DNA of 35,876 bases from Octopus bimaculoides (lineage: Eukaryota), in NCBI RefSeq assembly GCF_001194135.2, contig NC_068981.1:49680481-49716356 (forward strand), read 5' to 3'. Of this stretch, positions 12,528 to 23,718 are shown piece after piece (positions within the stretch are counted from its first letter, which is position 1; each line of letters starts with the position of its first letter). A model generated the notes under the pieces. That model was not told the DNA's origin and did no database searches. It worked only from the letters and a program-made list of their open reading frames with translations. The position numbers and the translations under genes are program-made.

Positions 12528-12672
12528 CTCCGTACTAAACTGGTACTTATATTATCGACCCTAAAAGGATGAAAGACAAAGTCAACATCTGTGGAACTTG
12601 AACTCCGAACGTAAAGAGGGACAAGTTGCCGCCAAGCATTTCGCCCAGTGCTAACTATGCCAGCTCGCCGTA
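12528..12672 (-). mobile_element. tRNA-derived SINE family B, copy 1
   Basis: The minus strand reads ggcgagctggcatagttagcactgggcgaaatgcttggcggc...gttcggagttcaagttcc (A-box-like and B-box-like), then gactttgtctttcatccttttagggtcgataatataagtaccagt. Confidence 0.8.
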
Positions 12673-12719
12673 TGGAACAGCAAGAACAGCAGTAACAACA
12701 ACAATGATACTAATATTTT

Positions 12720-12915
12720 CTACTATAAGTTTGAGGACACAAATTTAGGAGAAAAGGGCTATTCTGTTGCATTGACTCTAGTGCTCAACTAGTACTTATT
12801 TCATCGTCACCGAAAGGATGAAAAGCAAAGTCGATCTCAGCGGAAATTGAAATTAGAACGTAAGGACGGACGAAATACCGCTATGCATTTTGCTTGACCT
12901 TCTAACGATGCTGAC
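12720..12915 (-). mobile_element. SINE family B, copy 2
   Basis: gtacttatttcatcgtcaccgaaaggatgaaaagcaaagtcgatctcagcggaaattgaaattagaacgtaag parallels copy 1. Confidence 0.8.
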
Positions 12916-13011
12916 ATCTAAACGTATAAAATAACAGCAACAACAGCAACAACAACAACAACAGCAACAACAACAACAACAGCAACAACAAGTATGATGA
13001 TGATGATGATG

Positions 13012-13090
13012 ATGAAATTTTGGGGAGAAGATGTGTGGATTACATCGACCGCAGCACACAACAGGTATTCATTTTATTGACCTCCAAAGG
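13012..13090 (-). mobile_element. SINE family B, copy 3 (3' portion only)
   Basis: gaaattttggggagaag...gattacatcgaccgcagcacacaacaggtattcattttattgacc parallels 12740-12815. Preceded by a (CAA)/(GAT) tract. Confidence 0.65.
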
Positions 13091-13094
13091 TCCT

Positions 13095-14050
13095 TGAGAT
13101 ATACAAAATCTCACCTGTCTTCTCGAAATTCTTACAAGACAGTACGGCGAAATGGGATACGGTTCACCTGAAACCCAGTAATGAGCTTAAACAATCTAAC
13201 AACATCAACATGAACGAAGCATTTTTCGAGGTGGATCCTTCTCTCCATTACCCTTTTGCATGGCATGATCCCACTCTGAAACGAACTCAGTAACACCAGG
13301 TATAGGTTCAAAATGTATAATATTATGGTAAATCATCTATTTTATATGGATGATCTGAAGCTGTTTGCTAGAAATGACGAACAGCTAGTAGGGCCGTTTA
13401 CAACTGATAAAGAGTTCAGCCAAGCGTGTGCTAGAGGAATTTTTGTAAGAGGTAAGCTCTAGCTAACAGATTCCATAAAATTAGATACCGATACTACTAT
13501 CAAGGAGTTTGACACACAGGAAAGCTATGAGAAGCGGTAGGGCCAGAAACCTCTGCACGGACAGTATATATTTCGAAACCTAAATGCTGATATAGATCAA
13601 GCAACAACCCATCACCGGCTGAGAAACTCAAGACTAAAATCAGAGACTGAAGGTTTCATATTAGTGGCTCAAGATGAAAGGTTGCTTACCAAAGACTACC
13701 AGGCTAACGTTCATCAAAACGGTTCTGACCATAAATGAAGATTCTGTGATACCTTTGATGGAACAATAGAATATCTGTTCTCGGGGTCTCTTGTGCTGAC
13801 ACCAAACGAATACAAAAATCGCCACAACAGGTTAGGACAATTTAAGTAAAAATAAGGACCTGGAAATTAAAATACAAATCATGAAGAATCTTAAAGCGAG
13901 AACAGCTCCTGTTATTGTAGATGCTCTAGGTATGATAGGAAAGGGGAGTCAGAAAAATCTAGATAATATCACAGGCGAACCATGTCTCAGATAAATCTAA
14001 AAGATGGTGCTGACAAGTACAACATATATTCATCATTTCGAGCCTCTCGC
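13095..14050 (+). mobile_element. R4/Dong-type (RLE, R2 superfamily) non-LTR retrotransposon fragment, internally deleted
   Basis: Degenerate GIFQGDSxSP region at ~13220-13250; NHLFYMDDLKLFARND (YMDD at 13343-13354); KPLHGQY; LKSETEGFILVAQD; *RFCDTFDGTIEYLFSG...YKNRHNRLGQ (degenerate CCHC plus RHN); PVIVDALGMI. Many frameshifts. Confidence 0.85.
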
Positions 14051-14149
14051 CCAATGTGTATTTGTGTCAAATGAGGTGAAAATCCTTTCAGACATTTTCC
14101 TGTAATTTTGTAATCAAAAAGACAGACAAAGACGATTGATTACCGTCGC

Positions 14150-14183
14150 ACAGCAGCAACAACAGCAGTAGAAGTAGTAGTAA

Positions 14184-14227
<44 letters not shown>

Positions 14228-14345
14228 TCAGCAGCAGCAGTAGTAGTAGTAGTAGTAGTAGTAGGAGGAGGAGGAGGAGGAGTAGTAGTAGTAGAAGCAG
14301 CAGCAGTAGTAACAACAGCAACAGCAACAAAAACAATAATAATAC
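14150..14345. repeat. Compound trinucleotide tract (AGC)n-(AGT)n-(AGG)n-(AGT)n-(AGC/AAC)n
   Basis: Read directly. It produces the spurious poly-Leu ORF 14088-14411. Confidence 0.95.
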
Positions 14346-14349
14346 TAAG

Positions 14350-14830
14350 TCAATGTGTGCGACAATTCCATTTTTTTTCAGTCTCTTATGCAGCATTTGG
14401 ATTTTGTGCAAAATATAGAATTAATTGAGTGATACTTGTCACCTATATTTACACAATATCTTCAGTTGTCTGGAGAACTCCTGAGAGATGAATAAAGTGA
14501 TAACTAATTGCTTTGTTATCCACTCTATTGACATAATATATTGCAAACGTTATCGTTATTATTGTTGTTTGTTGTTGCTGTTAGTGTTGTTGTTTTGTCT
14601 TCTACAGTCATATCTGGTCTACTTGCTTCAATAGCAAGGACACGTTTTATGGAGAAATGCCATGAAATCCTGTAATTATCATTTAATAGGACAGCCTGTA
14701 GCTTGTGCTCTGATCACTTTTCTGTCACTTTGAATCCATACGTTCCGCTAACAATGGAATGCACTCCCTTACTGTCACATTCATGCCTGCGATTATACTC
14801 TTTTGTGCTAGCTTACAGCATTCAGTTAAG
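14350..14830 (-). mobile_element. Second R4/Dong-type fragment (RLE endonuclease region), reverse orientation
   Basis: The minus strand with one frameshift reads CCKLAQK/EYNRRHECDSKGVHSIVSGTYGFKVTEK*SEHKLQAVLLNDNYRISWHFSIKRVLAIEASRPDMTVEDK, which matches the RRHD...W(Y)EH...ILWDF...RPD restriction-like endonuclease signature. An (AAC)n tract interrupts it at ~14550-14600. The extent to 14350 is less certain. Confidence 0.8.
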
Positions 14831-15533
14831 TGATATTTAACATTTTAAATTATTGTCATTGCTGTTATTAGTGGGGTTAGTAGTAGAAATAGTAGATGTA
14901 TTAGTTTTTTGTGGATGTAGCATGAGATGTATTATTAGAAGCAGCAGATGCGGTTGCAAGAGAATTGTTTTAAAGTTATTTTATATTTTCCATTTGTATT
15001 GATTCAATTTAATTTAACTTTCTGACATTACACTTTGCAATTAAGTCGGTGTGTATTCATGACTCAATTAGCAATGTATAGCTAAAATCGATGTTTACTT
15101 TGTATAGCACTCAGTAGAGATTGTCACCTTCCTTGCTATCCAATCCAAGTCATTTTATTTAGCCAAATCCTATTCATTTCTCCCTTGCGATCGGATGAGT
15201 AACACTGCACTTTGTGATGAAATTATTGATTGCCTATAAATAATTATATTGTTTTATCGATATACATTAATGTGTGTATAGCTTATCTTGCCCATTAAAA
15301 ATTATTTTCGCGTTTTTCATTTTGTCACCCACTGTATAGAAAAACAGATTCTATACATAAAAGCTTAAATATATAACCATATACTATCAAATATATGTTG
15401 GTGTGACCATATTATTTCCATTAAAACCTTCCTTACAAGCAATTTTGCGTATTAAGTTGCATACAAGCGAGCATATGTACGCATGTTTGTATGTATGTAT
15501 ATATGTTTCTATGTGTATATATATGTATGTATA

Positions 15534-15577
<44 letters not shown>

Positions 15578-15799
15578 TATAGATAGATAGGAAGGTACAC
15601 AGAAACACGCATATGCAATGCATATATGTATATTTATATACAAATAAAAATCTGATTAAATATTTAGCTATTGATGCCTGTCTCTCGTTCTCTTTAAGTT
15701 TCTGTCTTTCTCTCTTACTTTATCTATACGCACACATATATGTATATATATATATACATACATACATACATACATACGTACATACATTATAGATATATT

Positions 15800-15878
<79 letters not shown>

Positions 15879-16624
15879 ATGCATATATGTGTGTTTGTGC
15901 GTGCGTTTCATTGTATGTGTCCCAGTGCGCTACTATTATGATTTTTAAGTGGTAAATTGACACTAGATTTCGTTCTAGAATATCAGTGCTCTATAGTGAA
16001 TCATGTCATTTTGTTTTTTACCCCTTTCTAATCATTCTTGAAATGTACAAAATATGTGCGTGTATTTCGATATATCAGGACCCAACTTGGGTACCAAATA
16101 AAATATTTGTATTATTTATTTCATGCATTTCAGCTTCAATAAGGTTTCATTTCAATTTGAATAAAATAAATTATACCTTTTTGAACAATCAACAATATCT
16201 TATCCACTTTAGGTTGTTAAATGATTCTTCGGTTCTTTCATTAAGGATGCTTCGTAGAATTAATATACATTAATGAATAACAATGAATATTCATCTAGAT
16301 CGTTTAGAGCGTGGTATGATGCATATTTGTCTTCACTTTTAATTTGCAAAATACCTGGAATATTGTAAATAGAGATTTAACTCCATATACACTGAGTGTT
16401 GCTGAAAATATCACAATTGAAACGTTTACACTCTAGATTTATAAGAAATTCAGTACCTCAACATGTAATTAGCTTAATGATATTATGATCGCCAATTACA
16501 TGTAGAAACCATGTCTGAACAGTCGAGAATACCGCTTTATTCGGCGTAGAAGAATAAAAACTGAAACTTCAATTTTAGCGTTAAAATATTTTGTTTAAAA
16601 AAATGCTATTACTAAATATATAGA

Positions 16625-16715
16625 CATAGATATGGCTGTGGGTTTAAGGCTTTTGCTTCATAATGCCTGCACTTTGGTTTAGTCCCCCTACGTGTCTCCT
16701 TAGGCGGGTCACATA
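16625..16715 (+). mobile_element. Very degenerate SINE family A head
   Basis: tagacatagatatggctgtgggtttaaggcttttgcttcataatgcc...ggtttagtcccctacgtg weakly parallels ataggcgcaggagtggctgtgtggtaag...ggttcagtcccact. Confidence 0.5.
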
Positions 16716-16808
16716 TACTACAGCCTAGCAAATGACTGAAGTGCTGTGTCGAAAATCTGTTCGCGAAATCGCAGCAGAAATTATATAAATACATAGATCC
16801 ACGCAACA

Positions 16809-16809
<1 letters not shown>

Positions 16810-16871
<62 letters not shown>

Positions 16872-16975
16872 ACACACACTATATCTATCATTCTCTCAAA
16901 GACACACACACATACACGATCTGTCTTACACACACATCTATTTATCTATGTATATGTCTATCTATTTATCTGTCT
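16810..16975. repeat. (CA)n and (TATC)-like microsatellite at the 5' junction of the RTE
   Basis: Read directly from the sequence. Confidence 0.9.
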
Positions 16976-18460
16976 AAATTGGATAAATGTGGGTGTGGAA
17001 ATTTTAGGTGTATATGTCTGTTGTCTGTGATTAATAAACTGTATGGGAGAATACTGATTGTTAGGCTGAAGAACCAGACAGAGAATGTACTAGGGGAGGT
17101 GCAGTGTGGATTTAGGTTTGGAATGGAGTGTGCAGATCAAATATTTGTAGTAAGGCAGCTGTGTGAGAAGTTTTTTGGCAAAACGGAGGGAGGTGTATTG
17201 GCCTTTATGGACCTAGAGAAGGTATATGACCGGGTGGATAGAGACGCAATGTGGGAGGTGTTACAGTTGTATAGCGTAGAAAGTAGAATGTTGAGAGCTG
17301 TTCAGTTTTTTTATAGAGAAAGTTGAGTGTCTGTTAGGGTGTATGGGTAAGTTAGTGAGTGGTTTGATGTGAAGGTGGATTTTAGACAGGGCTTTGTGAT
17401 GTCTCCATGGTTGTTTAATTTAATATACGGCTGGTGTTGTGAGAGATGTAAATGCTAGAACCTTTGATAAGGGAGCTGAAATGGTGGGAAGAAATGGAGA
17501 GAAATAGGAGGTGAGTCAGTTGTTGTTTGCTAATGACACAGTACTAGTGGCGGATTCGGAAGAGCAACTGAGAAGACTGGTGGTAGAGTTTGGAAAAGTG
17601 TGTAAGAGAAGGAAAATGAAAGTGAATGTAACTAAGAGTAAGCTACTTTCGAAAGATGGTATGGTTGGTAGGATGGATGTGAGCATAAATGGTGAGTAGT
17701 TTTAAGTATCTGGGATCGCATGTGACAGCGGATAGGTTATTGGCTTAGGAGATGGTATTCAAAGTGAGGGAGGGGAGTCAGATACTTGGAGTTGTGAAAG
17801 GTATGCTGCTGTGAGATAAAAGGTTGAGTATGACAAGGAAAAGAGTTGTGTATCAGGGCGTGATTGTGCAGACAATTTTATATGGTGCAGAAACGTGGGG
17901 GATGAGAGAGGCGGAAAGGAGTCGAGTAGATGTGTTTGAGAGGAGATGCCTGAAGGCTATGGTTGGTGTGATGCAGATGGAAAGGATAAGGAATGAAGAT
18001 GCGCACAGGCGAGCAGGAATGAGAGAAAAACTTGCAAGCAAATTGGATAGATGAATGTTGAGATGATTTGGCCACATGGAGAGGATGGATGAGGAGCGAA
18101 TGGTAAGGAGAGTAATGAAGGCTGAAGCAGAAGGTAGCAGAACCAGAGGTAGAATTGAGTTTGTGTGGATGGAGGAAGTGAGAACAGCTTTGGTGGTTAG
18201 AGGTGTTGGAGTGAGAGAGGCAAGTGAGTTTTATAAATTATAGAAAAGCTTGGAGAGTGTTTATGGACGGATGAGTGAATCTGATGTTGTTCAAAGGAGA
18301 ACGGAACCAGCATGATGTGGCAGGGATAAACCAACATATGCCGAAGGGCCTCGCTGCTGATATTCGGGGTTGCATTCTATGCCTTGACGCGAGAATAGGA
18401 AGTGACTCGCCCGTTTCAGCACGGAAACGAATGGAATACCTGGTGTGTGTGTGTGTTGTC
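16975..18460 (+). mobile_element. 5'-truncated RTE-clade LINE (reverse transcriptase pseudogene plus 3' UTR)
   Basis: CGNFRCICLLSVINKLYGRIL...EVQCGFRFG..CADQIFVVRQLCEK...AFMDLEKVYDRVDR; RQGFVMSPWLFN; QLLFANDTVLVADSEE (FAND at 17526-17537, degenerate catalytic motif); TILYGAETWGM...RIRNED; *FGHMERMDEERMVRRV. In-frame stop at 17324-17326 plus frameshifts. G/A-rich plus strand, ending in (GT)n at ~18445-18455. Confidence 0.95.
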
Positions 18461-18618
18461 GTGGCTAGTCCCTCGTAAAAAAAAATGGGAAATAGTCCAG
18501 GGCATATGAACATGGACTTTTATTCTCCTATTTCTCTTTATACTTCTTTTATCTACCTCTTTCCAAAATAACTTCTTATATTCAACTCCTATTATTTCCC
18601 TCTATTTAGCTCTTTGAT

Positions 18619-18672
18619 ATCGTCTCTGACGAAGGGATATCACTCATATCCATAAAACAGCTGCACGACGAT
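18619..18672 (+). ncRNA. Minimal type-I hammerhead ribozyme fold, probably inactivated (Penelope-like or retrozyme-type terminus)
   Basis: atcgtc-t-CTGACGA-agggatat-cactc-atatccat-AAAA-CAGCTG-CA-c-gacgat. Stem I atcgtc/gacgat, conserved CUGANGA, stem II 7 of 8 pairs, palindromic stem III. GAAA appears as AAAA and the UH site as CA. Confidence 0.6.
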
Positions 18673-18846
18673 CTTTCTCTTTATGAATATCCTAGAAATT
18701 TCCCCCTGCTTTGGGATTGTTGTCGCATTTTATGTAACATAAACATGCTCACACACGAGCTGCATTAGACTCCTCATTCATACTATTATTGAACCGGCAA
18801 TCTAATTACGGTTCTTCTGGATACCAGAACCTCTCATAAATCAGTA

Positions 18847-18877
<31 letters not shown>

Positions 18878-19910
18878 NNNNNNNNNNNNNNNNNNNNNNN
18901 NNNNNNNNNNNNNNNNNNNNNNNNNNNNNNNNNNNNNNNNNNNNNNNNNNNNNNNNNNNNNNNNNNNNNNNNNNNNNNNNNNNNNNNNNNNNNNNNNNNN
19001 NNNNNNNNNNNNNNNNNNNNNNNNNNNNNNNNNNNNNNNNNNNNNNNNNNNNNNNNNNNNNNNNNNNNNNNNNNNNNNNNNNNNNNNNNNNNNNNNNNNN
19101 NNNNNNNNNNNNNNNNNNNNNNNNNNNNNNNNNNNNNNNNNNNNNNNNNNNNNNNNNNNNNNNNNNNNNNNNNNNNNNNNNNNNNNNNNNNNNNNNNNNN
19201 NNNNNNNNNNTATATATATATTTCTATATGTATGCATGTATTTATGTATGCATGCATGTATGTATGTATGTATGTATGTATGTATGTATGTATGTATGCA
19301 TGTATGTATGTAAGCATGCGTATATACACACATAGTTTAAGAAATATTTGTTCAGAAGACGTCGTGTATTGGAAAACCCTAAATACACTTTATATTGTTA
19401 AACTACTGTTTTAGACCTTTGCTGTGAAATTTGAAACAGATGTAAATGCATTATGCAATTTTATATATATATATTTTTTTCAGATAATGAATCATCGAAG
19501 AGAATTTCATAGCATGCTTCATGCGTCATTGATTATTCATCAGTGAACCAGCACACTCTTATGATTCCCTCGCTGTCACAACTTACAGCAATCAATGGTT
19601 AAATTAAATACGAGTCAGAAGTCTAGCTGTGGCGTTTAAACAATTATACAAGCCGTATTACGTTCGAAGAGCGATTAAATAATTAAGGTATATTGATGTA
19701 CAAAACAGCATGTTCAGGACTGTGATTGATTTAATTATGGTTCCTATATATTCTATTCGTCGGAATATACTTAACTTAACACTCGCAATCGAAGTCACAC
19801 GCACGCACATAACTACGCCCACACACACATATGTATATATGTATGTAAACGTATGTGTGTGAGTGTGTGTGTGCAGATATATAATATATATGATATATAT
19901 AAATATATAT

Positions 19911-20082
19911 ATAGGCGCATGAGTGGGTGTGTGGTAAGTAGCTTGCCTACCAACCACATAGTTCCAGGTTCAGTCCCACTGCGTGGCCACTTGGGCAAGT
20001 GTCTACCAGTATAGTCTCAGGCCAACCAAAGCCTTGTGAGTGGATTTGGTAAACGGAAACTGAAAGTAGCCCGTCGCGTATA
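19911..20082 (+). mobile_element. SINE family A, 5' head
   Basis: ataggcgcatgagtgggtgtgtggtaagtagcttgcctaccaaccacatagttccaggttcagtcccactgcgtggc...ggaaactgaaagtagcccgtcg, with A-box-like and B-box-like motifs. Confidence 0.9.
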
Positions 20083-21644
20083 GGTATGTATATATATATA
20101 TATGTCACTGCGCGTATTTACACATACACACATATACATACATACACACATACATACATACATACANNNNNNNNNNNNNNNNNNNNNNNNNNNNNNNNNN
20201 NNNNNNNNNNNNNNNNNNNNNNNNNNNNNNNNNNNNNNNNNNNNNNNNNNNNNNNNNNNNNNNNNNNNNNNNNNNNNNNNNNNNNNNNNNNNNNNNNNNN
20301 NNNNNNNNNNNNNNNNNNNNNNNNNNNNNNNNNNNNNNNNNNNNNNNNNNNNNNNNNNNNNNNNNNNNNNNNNNNNNNNNNNNNNNNNNNNNNNNNNNNN
20401 NNNNNNNNNNNNNNNNNNNNNNNNNNNNNNNNNNNNNNNNNNNNNNNNNNNNNNNNNNNNNNNNNNNNNNNNNNNNNNNNNNNNNNNNNNNNNNNNNNNN
20501 NNNNNNNNNNNNNNNNNNNNNNNNNNNNNNNNNNNNNNNNNNNNNNNNNNNNNNNNNNNNNNNNNNNNNNNNNNNNNTATATATATATATATATATTTAT
20601 GTATGTATATATATATATATGTCACTGCGCGTATTTACACATACACACATATACATACATACACACATACATACATACATACATACATACATACATACAC
20701 ACACATACATACATACATACATACATGCATGCNNNNNNNNNNATACATACATACATACATACATGCATGCATACATACATATATACATACATACATACAT
20801 ACATACATACATACATACATACATTCATATATATAGTATATATGTATAATTTGTTGTAAATTTGCTTCTACTTGTAAGTATGTATAAACATTGTAGAATG
20901 TTTTTTGTTAGTTCTGCTTCTTACCAATATATAGCAGTAGAGTATATAATCGCCTTACAAAACATGTAATCTTGTCCTACTGGTACAGAGGCTGCAATAT
21001 TCACAAAGTACATACAAAGGTTTTCGTAAGTAGTGAGTGAACAGATTCACGAATTAATGATTCTATTCTTTAAATGTGTTAGAATGGAAAAATTTGATGA
21101 CTACCATTTTTAGTATGTTATGAATTAAATGAAAAAAACAATAAATACACTGAGTATTATCTATAAGCAAATACTGGAGATATATAATAGTCATGTTCAT
21201 TACTAAAAACAAATGTAATACGTGTTTCAGCATTGTTTGAAATTATAGTGGATCGTTGTGAATAATGAAGTTTGACGCACACACATAAAGACGTGCACAG
21301 AGACAGACACACTCACACTATTCTGACCTCTAAGACCAGTCTCAAAAACCACTGAACCATGACAGACTAACCCAGAAACAAAAAAAATTCTACATTGCGC
21401 TTCCTTCTTCCCACCCCAACCAGCCTCTCACACTGTCCTTTCAATTAGCAAACATTGTTTAGCTACACACAAGAGAGAAAACATGTTAAAAAGACAGATC
21501 GGTTCCTCTCCATTTTTTTTGTAAATTCTTAAATATATTTCCTATATATATATGTACTACCAACGAAACATGATTTTTATTTAACTTACAATAGTTGTTG
21601 TTGATTACTCTCTTGTAAACGGTTTTTAACATAATATATATATA

Positions 21645-22012
21645 TGCCAATTTTTGCATTGAAAGCTACACCAATGCTAGAACGAGACGACACTGCATAG
21701 TGCCAAAGATCCCAGCAATGCCATCGCGCTTCAGAACCAGGTACTGCAACAGTTTGGGTTTCAGAGGCCCACAGCTTTTTAATACCCTCCCAAAGAGCCT
21801 GTTTTTTTTTATCAAAGCTGGACCTCTTCCTGTCAAGGGTCACAGATGAAACTACCTCACGACAAGAGGTGCAAATGAGGGTAGCTACATCAAACTCCAT
21901 TCCCCACCAAGTGCCACATATTGGAGGAGGCTCTCGGTAATAAAAGTGTAGCAAAACGTCGGTGCATCAGCATGGCCGCAGCTCTCAGCTGAAACTATAA
22001 TAAATATATATA
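21645..22012 (+). mobile_element. 3' end of an L2/CR1-type LINE (ORF2 C-terminus, 3' UTR and TAA/TA tail)
   Basis: IESYTNARTRRHCIVPKIPAMPSRFRTRYCNSLGFRGPQLFNTLPKSL, then after a frameshift in the T-run SKLDLFLSRVTDET...ATSNSIPHQ. This matches the conserved CR1/L2 terminal motifs (GPxLFNxLP, KLDxFL, DEP, SNS). Confidence 0.8.
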
Positions 22013-23718
22013 NNNNNNNNNNNNNNNNNNNNNNNNNNNNNNNNNNNNNNNNNNNNNNNNNNNNNNNNNNNNNNNNNNNNNNNNNNNNNNNNNNNNNNNN
22101 NNNNNNNNNNNNNNNNNNNNNNNNNNNNNNNNNNNNNNNNNNNNNNNNNNNNNNNNNNNNNNNNNNNNNNNNNNNNNNNNNNNNNNNNNNNNNNNNNNNN
22201 NNNNNNNNNNNNNNNNNNNNNNNNNNNNNNNNNNNNNNNNNNNNNNNNNNNNNNNNNNNNNNNNNNNNNNNNNNNNNNNNNNNNNNNNNNNNNNNNNNNN
22301 NNNNNNNNNNNNNNNNNNNNNNNNNNNNNNNNNNNNNNNNNNNNNNNNNNNNNNNNNNNNNNNNNNNNNNNNNNNNNNNNNNNNNNNNNNNNNNNNNNNN
22401 NNNNNNNNNNNNNNNNNNNNNNNNNNNNNNNNNNNNNNNNNNNNNNNNNNNNNNNNNNNNNNNNNNNNNNNNNNNNNNNNNNNNNNNNNNNNNNNNNNNN
22501 NNNNNNNNNNNNNNNNNNNNNNNNNNNNNNNNNNNNNNNNNNNNNNNNNNNNNNNNNNNNNNNNNNNNNNNNNNNNNNNNNNNNNNNNNNNNNNNNNNNN
22601 NNNNNNNNNNNNNNNNNNNNNNNNTATATATATATATATATTCATACATACGTACATACATGTATGTATATAAAAGCAATTATAAGTATATAGGTCTATA
22701 GATATAGATCGATATAGGTATGTAGCCGGGGATATAGCAAATCCATTAAGAAGACAAAGAAAAAAATATAACATATTGCCATCGTCTATTTTCTTCGTGA
22801 ATGAAAACTTATTACTAAATCATTACAAAATGCATAACAATATTGCTTGCACCAACATAAATCTAGGGAATATTTCATACAGCTACTGTTAAACTTTCGT
22901 AGTGTACACACTAATACTCTTAATTCCACACCTAACATTGAAGTCTAGTTTCTCTTTGATTATGCCTGATTTTAATAATTATTGTGAAGCTTATCTTGTA
23001 TTAAAAATTATAGTAGCAAAATTTCTACTAATTATTCTGGAAATTACCTTAATTATATGGAGATGATAGATTCTAGTTCTCTATATTCAATGCTTGTTTT
23101 ATTCACATAATGATCACAAGAACAATGCAGTTTTCGCTTGTCATAATGTAAATGTCAAATAATAAAATTTACTTGCTGGATCCATCGAATTACCTGCTCG
23201 TTGAAATAGCTTATAAGTGGCTGAATATTCCACAGGCTTGCGTACTTTTAATACCATTCAGTATGATATACTATGTGACAAGTTTATGCGTTTAGGTTGG
23301 AGGGAAAAAAACATCTATTAGGTTTTCATATAGTTTCAGCCCTCGAGTTGTCTCTTAGAATTAGTGGGTCAGCTAGAGGTGGAATAAAAGTCTATGTTTA
23401 TAGGACACCACTCAGGCTTTACTGCTGTAATGTACAACTTGGGATGTATCAGTATCGAAGCTTTATACGTGCATACATATAAACACACCTATACAAGCAA
23501 TTTTAATTTCAGTGAGCTTAATTTCGCCGTAATTATTTTCATATTCATTGATCTCGCCGATCAATGACAATATAATTTTCTTTTAAGTCAGGTGAAAAAA
23601 GATATAAATCATTTTACAGTAAATTGAAAGCCTTAGAGCAAACTGTGTGTGTCACAATTGCTGAACTTATAAGGCATTGTGTTATTGCCAGCAAAACTTA
23701 GCATGCTATATTTCTCAG

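Noticed and set aside
14088-14411. Poly-Leu ORF
   Set aside because: It is the antisense translation of the trinucleotide tract.
14608-14671. Plus-strand exon candidate ISGLLASIARTRFMEKCHEI with a good acceptor
   Set aside because: It is antisense to the clear R4/Dong RLE motif, and the apparent acceptor tract is a (TTG)n microsatellite.
21586-21954. 122-aa minus-strand ORF, including an upstream TGA-containing C*C pattern suggestive of selenocysteine
   Set aside because: It is the antisense shadow of the L2/CR1-type ORF2 3' end on the plus strand.
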